Assembly (NCBI GenBank): GCA_951406725.2
Contig: OX597817.1
Location: 108,438,001 to 108,502,000 of the forward strand
Length of the DNA: 64,000 nucleotides
Origin: Octopus vulgaris
Lineage: Eukaryota
Direction: 5' to 3'
The translations under genes were made by a program, and so were the position numbers. Below the pieces are notes generated by a model, which was not told the DNA's origin, ran no database searches, and saw only the letters and a list, made by a program, of their open reading frames with translations. Positions 1 to 11,120 of this stretch are shown here, one piece after another (position 1 is the stretch's first letter; every line of letters starts with the position of its first letter).

Positions 1-39
1 GAATAGAGCAGTAATTGTTACAACAAAAGTTTTATATCT

Positions 40-1050
40 GGGACATAGAGTTATCAAAGGTTTCGCATCCCTGTGGACAGCTCATCAGGCTCTATGCAAA
101 TATAAAATTTTAAATATCTACGTCGGAAACGTGAGGAACCACTCAGAACTCGAGGAAGACGTCTTAACAAAAAAGAAAACGTAGATGAAGACGGGTTATC
201 TCCCGTGAATCAGAGGGAGGAAAAAAATCCTATAAACCCAAAGAGGCCTAACTAGCAAACAGAGAGATCCAATTTTTCAGTAGTTAGTGCTTGAAATATA
301 TGCGCCAGGTTTCTTATAGTCCTTAAGAATTTAGACTCTCTCCGTGAGGTAAATCGTGCAACGGCAACCTCCATTAATATACAGGCCCGGATGATCAATT
401 AATTTACACCTGATATCACACGGGGTTTCTTGATATTTGAGGTGCCAAACATGGCGGCCCAAGGATGTGACATAACATCTTTCTGAGATTCTGAAGGATG
501 ATTAGTGGTTAAGAACACGTGGTTTGAACGAAGTACTCGCAGAACCAGTATATTCATACATATGGGATGTGGCACTATTCGCACCCATGATAACGTATGG
601 CGCGGGACTGGTCACCCCATCAGTATCGAAGATAAATATTTGGTCATCGTCTGCGGTGACGGAACTGGGAACGTAGGAAGTGTGAGATAAACCTTCCCAG
701 CTTAATGAATTTATCATTTCTTGGGTTATCTTTTCTAATATACGGCCTTGCATTATCATGTTGCATCCACTTTCTTTTTCTATACATTTTCCCAATCTGC
801 TTGAAGAGATATTGCACAGTGGATAAAGGTTTATTAAGTCCTAGGATAAATCCCCGATACTTTGATGCAGAGCTCCTTTAGTTATTGTTTTCACGTCATT
901 ATTGAGAAGATTATAGAGAACAGTTGGTGTTCCATGGGTATTGGTATATAATCACCCAGAGCCGTGTCTACATTAACGTTTGGTCATTAACTCTATGTTG
1001 ATTGGTTAATTGCAAAAGTAAATTTTATTGTCTTGTAACTATTTGTGGTA
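40..1050 (-). mobile_element. Decayed Penelope-like retroelement 3' part: GIY-YIG endonuclease remnant, HHR-bearing pLTR, and a decayed inverted pLTR piece at ~955-1000
   Basis: The minus-strand frame of ORF 502..795 continues EYTGSASTSFKPRVLNH*SFRISERCYVTSLGRHVWHLK...CTIYLTE, resembling the C-terminal half of PLE GIY-YIG domains. An HHR lies at 44-96. The plus strand at 955-998 (agagcc..tgtctaca..aacgtttg..taactctatgt) loosely mirrors the HHR region. Confidence 0.7.
44..96 (-). ncRNA. Type I hammerhead ribozyme motif (partly decayed)
   Basis: Minus strand reads CATAGAGc-CTGATGA-gctgtccacagggatgc-GAAA-cctttga-TA-aCTCTATG. Helix I is 7 bp and helix II can pair; helix III is poor. Confidence 0.65.
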
Positions 1051-1100
1051 AGACGTCAGGTTATTTGCTAGAAAATACATTTCTTTTCGGTACCCGTAAT

Positions 1101-1122
1101 CTCTCTCTCTCTCTCTCTATCT

Positions 1123-1173
<51 letters not shown>

Positions 1174-1449
1174 CTGTCTATTTCTATTTATATATTTAGC
1201 ATAAATGTATCTATATTAGCGACAGAAGCTGTATTAATATCAAACAAATACACGCCACCTCTCTCCTCGCTAGCGATATAAAAATGCATTTTGCACCGAA
1301 AGCCAATATGAAAGTTCTCACGGTAACTACCGCAGTGTTTATTTGTTGCAAAAGAACATCCACTTTTAAGTAGGGATAAATGTAATTTTAATATATATGT
1401 GCATATGTTAATATGTGTACACACACATACATGCAAACACACACACACA

Positions 1450-1503
<54 letters not shown>
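1101..1503. repeat. (CT)n(CA)n and (CA)n microsatellites
   Basis: Runs at ~1101-1170 and ~1418-1503. Confidence 0.95.
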
Positions 1504-1505
<2 letters not shown>

Positions 1506-1929
1506 TTGAGGGAGTGGAAGAGGTAAAATGCATGCTTCATTTATTTCTTAGGTGACTGAAACTCGCGATGCAATTGTTCTCGGTGCCAATAAATTATTAT
1601 TGTATCTCATCGTATACTGTCCACGTTTTGTTCTTTAAACCAGCCACTTACTGCTAGAAGCTTACAAACATATGATCATATGCACATATTTATTGTATTT
1701 ATATACATTGTATATTGTATATGTTATATATATCATATATAACATGCATATAATCTCCGGATCATATGCATTCAAACATATGTACATTCATATTTATCAG
1801 CATAGAATATTTACTTATACATAAAGTATGCATGTATGTGTGTGCGTGTGTGTTCATTTAGCTGAAGAAGCCATGCCAGTTGCAATCACACGTACACCGA
1901 AACCAGCGAGGTTAATGCAGTTAATATCT

Positions 1930-2290
1930 CTCCTTGACAAGCTGCAGATCGACGGCTGCAAGAAAAAACATATTCAAGAACGTAATTTCAGCGGGTCGCC
2001 GTTCTGGCGCGATGGGCTTGGTGTACAGGTTTCATGCGATGCCTTGTAGATGTGATGGAGTACAATATAGATGACGGGAAGAAGAAACAATATCAAGTTG
2101 GGAGTGCAGGTATGGAGATGGCATGTGATAACCTGCCAGCTCTCGTCGGAGGAGGCTGCAAACAGGTTGTTAATGTATAGGAGGAAGAGTTTTGTGGACA
2201 AAACCGAAACCTGAGACACCTCGAAATAATCGTATTTGAAGTTGCAATGTTGGTATCAACGATTCCTAACATACTCACCACTGGGCCTTA
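1930..2290 (-). mobile_element. LINE reverse-transcriptase fragment (CR1/L2/Jockey-like), pseudogenised
   Basis: VSQVSVLSTKLFLLYINNL is a decayed GVPQGSVLSPTLFLLYINDL (RT motif B). Boundaries are approximate. Confidence 0.65.
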
Positions 2291-2444
2291 TCAATTATCT
2301 CTCTTTACAGTTGCTTGTTATAGCATTGAATGTTTTGCAAATCGGTGCATTCGATGAGTTCTGACCTGAGGTTAAACAGCAACATCTTAAGAACTTGTTT
2401 AGTTTACGTAACTGTAAAAATGTTTAAACTGTGGGGCTAATTTA

Positions 2445-3640
2445 TTGGGTTGGCCAAAAATTATGTTCGGTTTTCTAAGAGAAAATAAGATAAAGTTTTA
2501 AACACAAAGTTAGTTGTGTTTATATCAATGATATAATTACCGTTTTATTCCAGTATCTTCTACCATCTTATTTCTTGCTTAAAAGAATTTCCTGTTTTTA
2601 CTGGCGAAAAACTATTCCAGTTGAATTTTTACATGACCTTCAGTGTTGAAGGTTAGACCATTCAATGAATTTTGAAGAAACTGAAACAGCTGGAAATGCG
2701 AATGTACAAGGGTGATGCAAACTTCCCCAGTCATGTACCAGTAAATTTTGCCGCCTCTGCGAAAAAGTGTGCTGTTTAGCTTGGCGTTGTCATAATGAAA
2801 GGCAATGTTCTTACGATCAGCAAGTGCTGGACGCTTCTGGTGGATCACTGTATTTAATTTGTCCAGTTAGGCACAGTACAAATCTGAATCGATGGATCTG
2901 TGTGTGGGAAGCTCATGAAAGACAACAAACTTTCAGTCCTACCAAATTGAAAGCATAACATTCTTGGGGCGAATTCCTGTTTTCGAGCTTGTTTGGGATG
3001 GTTCGCTGCGCTGAAGTTATGATCATTTGCGATTCACATTGTTATTGACGATTCACTTTCGTCCCCTATCACCATTCTCTTAAAAAAGATCCTATTATTC
3101 ACGTTTCTGCATAAAATTGTAGATGAAAAAATGTTCAGTGACGTTAGCGTCATTCAATTAAAATGGTTCCTACAGATGGAAAATTATGGATGCAGAAAAT
3201 TTTCCCCAATTGATTTGGATATATGGAGAATATCTGCGATCATCCCGGTGGTATAATGTGGTTTGGTGTGAACTAACTCCTTCATTTTGTCGCTGTTAAT
3301 CTTAGTTTGCTGGCCAGAGCGAAGACCGAAACATTTTCCTATCGAATTCTTGAAAATCATTTCTTTCACACATGGTCCGTAACAACATCTTCTATATCAC
3401 AATACCTATCTTTTTGCAGGTTTACACCGCTTTCTTGTCTTTTTAAAAATAAAAGAGCTTGAGGTGTCGATAATACTCGTTTTGGTTCTCTCTTTTCAGA
3501 GTGACCACAAGCACACAAAAGATATAACATATCAATTCTCTAATGCGTGCACATGTGCAAAGGACAAACTTAGCTATTTATATGAGAGTTTGAAATATAG
3601 TCCCAACAAAAATCGAACGAACTCTTTGGTCAAGCCAGAA
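2445..3640 (-). mobile_element. Decayed mariner DNA transposon
   Basis: Imperfect TIRs flanked by TA: TA|ttgggttggccaaaaattatgttcggtttt ... aaaatcgaacgaactctttggtcaagccagaa|TA. Minus-strand fragments QKRPALADRKNIAFHYDNAK, FQLFQFLQNSLNG and LRSGQQTKINSDKMKELV..IADILHISKS match mariner transposase. Confidence 0.85.
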
Positions 3641-4189
3641 TAATTAACAACTGTTTTGTTACTTTGCTGTTTTGAGTTCTAGTCTTTTTAAGAGCTTGGT
3701 GGAAGTAACTGGGAAACTGAAATCTTATTCAGACAATTATTCCCTCTAGTCACTGTTCGCATAGCTAGTGGACTGCGACTTCAGTACTAATTATGATCAC
3801 CGTGTAATAAACAGTACGCTTCTCGTTAAACTCATCACACAGTCGTTTAATGCCTAGTAGATAGATATCTGATCAAATTTCGAGCAACTCGAATGTATGA
3901 GTGGTTAAATACGAAGGATTGTTTGAAAGATAATTGTTGGAATGCTGTTTTTATGATAGGATTTGTTCGTATTTAAAGGTGTGGTTGATTTGTTGGTCTT
4001 GACAACTGAAACAATATTATGGTATAGTTTCGATAACAAAGATACATTTAAGAGTGGAGGCACTTCTCAACTACTTGATTTCGAGTTCGATCCCACAATG
4101 GGGTATTCTAGGTAAATGGCTTCTACTATAGCCTTGGGTTGACTAATATCTTATGGGAAGAATATGAGAGACACAAAGACTTACTGAAG

Positions 4190-4690
4190 GTACCAAAGAT
4201 CAGAACCACACAGCTGTTATATCGTTTGCAGACAAAAGCAAGGTCTTTCAACTCACTGCATCAATTCAAACTGATACAGACTTTTAGGTTATGTGGCATA
4301 CCAGGCACACTTTAGATGTAAAAACCTGTTGTTCAGGTTTTATCACCTGATGGTGATACAGATTTCTATGTTATCATGGCAGGAGTTCTTCAAGGTGACA
4401 CTCATATACCTTTTCTGTTCATGGTGGACTGAAGCAAAATTTGATTTGGCACGGTCTTCGATGAACAGGATGTCCACAGCGGGGAAGCAAAATCTATCTA
4501 ATGACTTCAAAATACAGTTTTTTAGAGTTACCGTAGAAAGCATATTGATATATGGAACTGTACGTTGGACACTTACAAAATGAATCATATACCAAGATGT
4601 TTAAGAGGGTGTAAAACGTTTCTTGGGAGCAACATTTACTGGAGAGTTTATTGTATAGAAATATACAATTATTAACATAAACCATCAAAC
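4190..4690 (+). mobile_element. RTE-like LINE remnant with internal deletions
   Basis: Fragments AVISFADKSKVFNS (FVDFSKAFDS-like), AGVLQGDT and FFRVTVESILIYGTVRWTLTK (the RTE LLYGSETWTLT motif). Confidence 0.65.
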
Positions 4691-4773
4691 GATGTGGAGT
4701 TAAGTTTGTGGGACACTGTTGGCAAAGAAAAGTTCAAGTTGTACGCTAACTGTTACTATGGGAAGCAGAAGGC

Positions 4774-4930
4774 GAAGAAGAAGAAGAAGAAGAAGAAGAA
4801 GAAGAAGAAGAAAAGAAGAAGAAGAAGAAGAAGAAGAAGAAGAAGAAGAAAAAGAAGGAGAAGAAGAAGAAGAAGAAGAAGAAGAAGAAGAAGAAGAAGA
4901 AGAAGAAGAAGAAGAAGAAGAAGAAGAAGA
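4774..4930. repeat. (GAA)n trinucleotide tract
   Basis: About 50 GAA units with few interruptions. Confidence 0.97.
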
Positions 4931-5044
4931 GGGACTAAAATCATAACTACTTGTTTTGTTTCTGTAATTCGCCGTTAATTTCTCGAACGTTATATTGATA
5001 TTATAACAAATTGTCGTGGACTGAAAGCATGATCTTATAACAAA

Positions 5045-5561
5045 TCTATATATATAAAACTGTGGTTGTGTGAGTGTCTGTCTCCTACGATTTAGATTCC
5101 TAACTACTCCCACATTTTGCGGTGCAGTTTAACCAAATTCGGGTATCTTATAGTCGTGATTCATATCGAGCCCGTCTGGCTATTAGCGCGCGTCTACGAT
5201 GAGTCTACGATTTTAAAAATAATTTAACATCATTTTTTATTCCATTTTAATGCATAATTTTTCGTGTGTCGATGGCGGCGGAGTTGGCGTCCACGCTCAA
5301 ACACCTGCACCTGTGTTTGCTTCTCCCCCTTCTTCCCTCCCTCGTGAAGCTGTGGGGAAGGGAGTGTAAGGAAATCAACGTCGTAAAGCGTTGTCAAGGA
5401 GACCAGCGTTCTTTTAGAACAACGACTTCATGGCTTGAAGACACCAAAACAGAAATGGCTAAGAAAGCCCAAATTGGCATCTATAAAGGAAGTAACTCTC
5501 TAAAAATGCTTATATAGTTATTTCCCTTACAAATCCGAGCAACGCCGGGCGATACTGCTAG
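5045..5561 (+). mobile_element. Non-autonomous Helitron
   Basis: Starts A|TCTATATATATAAAAC and ends with a GC hairpin (ccgagcaacgccggg) then CTAG|T. This gives canonical 5'-TC and 3'-CTRR ends in an A/T target with no TSD. Confidence 0.75.
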
Positions 5562-5675
5562 TTTCTTATACAAATGATATTATAACAAATTTCAGGCCTG
5601 AGAGCATGATCAAAAATATACCAAGGTGTAACAAGCCCATAAGCGGCACATACCACGTTACTTACTGTCTTACGA

Positions 5676-8530
5676 CAGGGGTCTCCAAAGTTTTCCAGCG
5701 GAGGGCCACATTGCTGAATTTTTAAAGCTACGGGGTCCAAGGTTCTAAATTATTTATTTTACCAAAATAATATAAATAAATAGTGAATTAATAATTAAAA
5801 AAGGTTATTTATTCAGTACATAATCACAATGTATATAATATCAGTAACAATTAACATGTTTTTTTTAACTTTGATCAATAGGGGAAACATGAAATTGTTT
5901 CATTTCTGACAAAATTTTGTCCAACTGAGGTTCAAAATGAGTGGTTCCAATAACAAGCAATGCATTTAAATGTTCATCAGACAATTGTGATCTGTAGCAG
6001 GATTTTGTGTATTTCATCTTTGAAAAAGTCTTCTCACACAAATATGTGGTGCCAAAAACTGAAATGAATTCACAGGCAAACCTCCTTAAATGAAGAAATT
6101 GGTCGGATGGAAGGCATTTGTAGAATTCAATCAAATTTCCCTCTTTATATTTGTCCTTCAGGATGTCATTGGATTGCAAATCAATAACTTCCATTTGTAA
6201 CTCAGAAGGTAAGTCTCCAATAACAGAGTTAAATGGATTTTCAAAAATTCTTAGTTTTGAAGAACATGCATCAAGATCAGAAAAACGTTCTTCAAACTGT
6301 TGTTTCAAAGCTAAAATGACATCTTGAGCAAACAAGTTTGGAAATGGAGTGGCAGCTTCCTGTCTATATTTGTCACATCGTGAAAAATGAGTAAAGCAGC
6401 TTCTTGTTAACTGACTTTCAAATAGTATTAATTTCTTACGAAAAGCTTTCACCTTTGAGTACAAATCACAGATGAGTGAAGTTTCACCTTGTATCCGTAG
6501 GTTGAAATCATTGAGATGCATAGTTAAATCGGCTGAAAATGCTAATTTCCAGAGCCATTCACTGTCTTTGAGCAACACCTGTGAATGGTTTTTCTCATTT
6601 AAAAATATTTCAATTTCAGTTCGAAGCTCAAAAAATCTAGCCAGAATTTTTCCATAGCTAAGCCATCTTACTGAAGTATAGTAAGGTAGGTCTGAAACTC
6701 AGCATTCATTTCCTCCAAGAAATCACGAAATTGGCGATGTTTGAGTCCATGAGATCTTATGTAGTTAACAGTGGAAATCACAGGATCTAATACAGATGAT
6801 AAATCAAGATGCTTTCCACACAGTGCTTGCTGATGAAGAATACAATGCAATACCAAAGGTTTCAATCCACCGGAATTCTCAATTACTTTGTTAATTTGCC
6901 CAACTAAGCCCTTTTTGGTTCCACACATATTTCTGCCACCATCTGTTGTTATGCATTTTAGTTTTTTCCATTCCAAATTATACTCAGCCACTGACTTTTC
7001 CACTTCTCTAAAAATATCTATGCCTGTTGTTGTTCCATGCATGCTGTGCACAGATACAAGTTCCTCAGTAATCTCAAAATTGGCATTTATTCCTCTGATG
7101 AACAATAACAATTGGGATGTGTCTGATACATCAATTGACTCATCAAGTGCAACAGAAAAGCATACAAACTTGCTGGCTTTGTCTTTTAGCTGTGATTTAA
7201 TATTTCTTTCAATATGTTCAACCCTACGAGCAACAGTGTTCGCAGAAAGACTAATTGCGGAAAATAAATCTACGTTTTCTGGACACATTTCCTTAGCTAC
7301 CTCATTCAAGCACTTTTTAATAAGTTCACCATCTGTAAATGGCTTACCTTTCTTCGCCAAAAGGTTAGCAACATGGAAGCTTGCTCTTGTTGCTCTCTCT
7401 TTTTCTACAGCCTTCTTCTTGAAAACAAACTGCATTGATGATAAATTCTTCTTTAATTTGTCAAATTTCTCTTTACGTAGCTGTCCAATGAACTGGTAGT
7501 ACTGTGATGAATGCTTTTTTTCATAATGTCTCCGAATGTTGTACTTTTTAAGTACTGCAATTGTGTCGGTGCATATAACGCATAGTGCCTTGTTGTTTGA
7601 CTCTATGACAAAATAGTCTATGTTCCATTGTTCCTTAAAAACTCTACACTCAGAGTCGATTTTTCGTTTTCTTCCTTGAGCTAACATTTTTACCATGGGT
7701 CGACAGATTTTGCTCGACGATATATGTAAAAGGACGAAACAAGTAAAAACAATATTCACAGGTCACTCGATACGTGCATTCACTTCGGCAGCGACGACGA
7801 CAAATGACTCACACTTGTGCACAACGAAAACGCCAAGTCTGTGCTGACTGACGGAATGCGCATCGAACTTTACTCCACGCTGATTGGCGACTGCATCAGG
7901 ATTAGAAACCACCACACAACGTCAGGCTCAACCCTCTCTATTCATCGCTCGTGAGATGTAGGTAACATCGATAAATCGATATTTGTCTTCTTTTATTATA
8001 CTAGGCACGGGACTTTTATTAACGTCATACTTGTCGTATCTGCTCTCTCGACAGTTGACGGAATAGGTTGACTTTTCTGCGACATCAATAAAGCTAGAAA
8101 TTGAATCTCTGCTTCATTGTAAGCAGCACCATCCATCTCACTGACAATCGCCTATTATCTAAGATGAATGATAGGTAGCTCCATAGCGAAGTTAATTCAT
8201 TTTATGGTGGTTCTGATGGGTCAGTTAAAACGGGGGAGTGGAAAAGAACCTATATTTACACTAAAGTTTAGTGTATAAATTTTTAATTCGCCGGCGCAAT
8301 TTAAAGACATTAATTGATGGCAAATCAATTAGCGTCGTCTTGCGTCTATTTGCTGTACTATATTTGTCAAACGTATTAAAAGGGGTGTAAAGTATATTTG
8401 TTTTTGTATGATTTCGGCAAGGCTTGTTTTTCGACATTTGTTTTATAATTTTGGAGGACAGCTCGGCGGGCCGGATTAAAAACCTTGGCGGGCCGAATCC
8501 GGCCCGCGGGCCGTACTTTGGAGACCCCTG
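5676..8530 (-). mobile_element. Full-length hAT transposon (SPIN/Charlie/Buster type), 2855 bp
   Basis: Perfect 16-bp TIRs CAGGGGTCTCCAAAGT (5676-5691; 8515-8530), identical 8-bp TSD TCTTACGA (5668-5675; 8531-8538), and an internal transposase. Confidence 0.97.
5865..7696 (-). pseudogene. hAT transposase (~610 aa if repaired), split by a single 1-nt frameshift near 6695
   Basis: Contains a BED-type finger (CVIC...RRHYEKKH), SVALDES, TTDG, HCILHQQAL, and the C-terminal FGTTYLCEKTFSKMK dimerisation region. Adding one base in GAGTTTCAGAC restores EF(S/P)DLPYYTSVRWLSYGKILARFF and joins ORFs 6668..7759 and 5865..6578. Confidence 0.93.
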
Positions 8531-9882
8531 TCTTACGATATATGAGATCAATAGATCCAGTTCGCTTTAAACTTAACTACATGCACCCCTATTTATATGA
8601 AGTGTGGGTTTTGTAAGTTGAAGTTAATGCTGTTTACTTCATGTTGAGACTTGTAATGACAAGCAGATTCTGGAGTAATGAAGTACTCTGATAATGTCCC
8701 GCTCCTGCTGATTACTAGTGATTCCAAGGTATCGCTTAACGTTTTTTAATGCTGTTGACACAACCGGATTGAATGTCCTGCTCAGGTGTCGAAACAGTGA
8801 TATCCATTTGATAGCTGATGGGGATCCAGGGTTTCTGGAGGTTACTTATACTGAAATTGGATGTTTTTAATCATAGATTAGACTATCCGTGACCCGTTGG
8901 GTTACCAGAAAACCCTAAGTTTCCCAGCAACGGAGTTTTGTTTCGTGTCTTTGTTTTGCTTTTCCAGATTATTTGGCATGCTTTCAACGAATGTAACATC
9001 GAACTCATGCGTAAATAGCTCTTTTTCACAGAAAAGGAGATTTGGTAGCTATTTCTTGCGCGTCCTGCTACCACGTAACAGGTATTTCGGGTCCTTTATC
9101 GTGAATAGCTGTAACAGGTATTTCAGGACCTTTATCGCAAATAGCAGAGTATGCTCGAAATAGCAGTCAAATCATTGGAGGTGAGATACGTTGAATGCAC
9201 TCGAAAAAAAACCTATGGGAAAAAACTATTTCACACCAAGGTTACGAATGGGTCTTTTACGAAATATTTACCGTATTTTTAAAGTCATTTTCACTTTAGA
9301 ATAATTTTAGATATGCCACAAAACTTTTGTAACGGTATTTCTAAAAAAAAAAAACATTAAAATATTGTCTGTTTAAAGAAAGCTAAAATATAAGTACTTA
9401 CTGTACAAACAACTTAGATTTTTGAAATCACATTCACTTGAAAATATTTCTAAATGGTTAAAATATTTTGTTTAACGAAAGCAAAAATAGAAATATTTAC
9501 TGTAAAGAAACAAATCGTTGTTTTTCGTTGTCAAATCATTGTTTAATCGAAAGGTTAGAGTTTCTTCCCTTTCAGGATGAAGTTATATCGGAACTTTTTC
9601 ACATTATGCACCATTTTTGGTATTCCTACCCCCAAACCCCGAATATCTCAATAACTACTGCTCCAATTTACGTAAAACATGTTTCATTCCATTCGTATTA
9701 ACATTTCAGGGTAAACGTAATTCATAGTATTTTCCCATTATGCATCAGTTTTGCTGGGTAACATTGCAAGCAAGCAAGATTCAAACTGACTTTCAATGTA
9801 TTATAGATAATCTTATTAGGCTTAGATAACGCTTAGATAATGCTATCAAATTTTGGATAAGTTTTGTGGCATATATCAATAT

Positions 9883-9927
<45 letters not shown>

Positions 9928-10719
9928 CATCCTTACCAAAAAGTATGTGCACATTCGTATGAATTATGTATGTGGCATATGTTTCTGTGTATTTATGCAT
10001 ATATGTAAGTATTGAAAAGCAGCATTGAATAAAATATATACAATATATACATATTTATCCCATTCGTATGCACCCGAACGTGAGAGAACTTTCTTCTCGT
10101 AGACAACATTGGATATTCCATGATGTTATTCATAGCCCAATGTGTTTTCACACATATTGTCTATGAGGATAATGTGTTCTCTTTCTTGACTATCTCCGCG
10201 AAAGACCTTCACACGTTCGAATGTACACAAGTGTGTTAAATATCAGTGTAGAGGCACATTTGTAAATATATTTGTATATGTGCGTGGGTGCATTTGTACG
10301 TATATGCAAAATAAAAGATATACTGATCTTTAGATTAACATTCAAACGCGCTAACGTTTTTCTAACTTCTCAGCCAAGCGTTTCGCCAACAAGCATTGTA
10401 TCTATACCTTTGGGTTGTCTAATCACAAGAAATTCCTCGTTTGTGATGAACGATATCTAGCAAATGTTTTTTACGACTTTTGAGATAAAGGATAAGATGA
10501 CTGGAAGCGGTATTTTTCAAGGACTTTCCTCAGTGATAATATGTATCTAAATACCGGAATGGAGATCGTTTAGTAAGCATCGTACTTTATCTTTCTGCTG
10601 TTTGAGAATCAAATATGAACAATTACCTGTAATATACAGGCCATATCCATCAACTTCATTGTAAAGCATGTATACACTTACAGTGTATACAACGACGATG
10701 AGTGTTGTACTAAATAGTG

Positions 10720-11120
10720 CCTGTAATGACTTTCTTCATGTGCAGCTGGGTTGACGCTGTCATCATTCTTACAGAAAATCGTTGGTGCAGTGGTCGTTTA
10801 TGTAAAAGAATATCGCTATTGTTCTTACATATGATTTTTGCCTCGGTCGTTGTTTATAGCTAAGATACTTGATACTGTTGTTTATACGTATTATAGTTGA
10901 AACTTGATGTTTTTGTATGAACAATGGTTGTTGTTGTTCCTGTGCAAGATAGTTTTGTCGATGCTATTTACACGCAAGCTTGTTGATACAGTTGTCATTT
11001 AAGCACAATCTATTTGAAGCTATAATCTATAAGTAAAGTGATTGCCGATTTCGTCGTTTATAAACAAAACGTTGCTTTTTTCGTCGTTTATGTGCAAGAT
11101 AGTTCAAGCCTTCGTTATCG
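10720..11120. repeat. Highly degenerate ~30-bp-period minisatellite
   Basis: Recurring units resembling GTTGTCGTTTATGTGCAAGATAGTTGTTGAT (e.g. near 10791, 10847, 10933, 10991, 11050, 11080). Confidence 0.6.

Noticed and set aside
1855-1925. CTGAAGA...GAAAcc..ggTT hammerhead-like string
   Set aside because: Helix II does not pair convincingly and no helix I abuts the core.
4694-5113. Poly-R/E/S/L ORFs
   Set aside because: Frames of the (GAA)n tract, with no exon evidence.
5865-7759. Host gene call (GTF2IRD2/ZBED/EPM2AIP1-like)
   Set aside because: Intact TIRs and an 8-bp TSD show a transposon rather than a domesticated gene. The plus-strand ORFs 6472..6657 and 6888..7499 are antisense shadows.
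8923-9758. Possible TIR element (CCCAGCAA...TTGCTGGG) with a ~37-bp tandem duplication at 9074-9146
   Set aside because: The TIR is only 8 bp and there is no matching TSD, so it cannot be supported.
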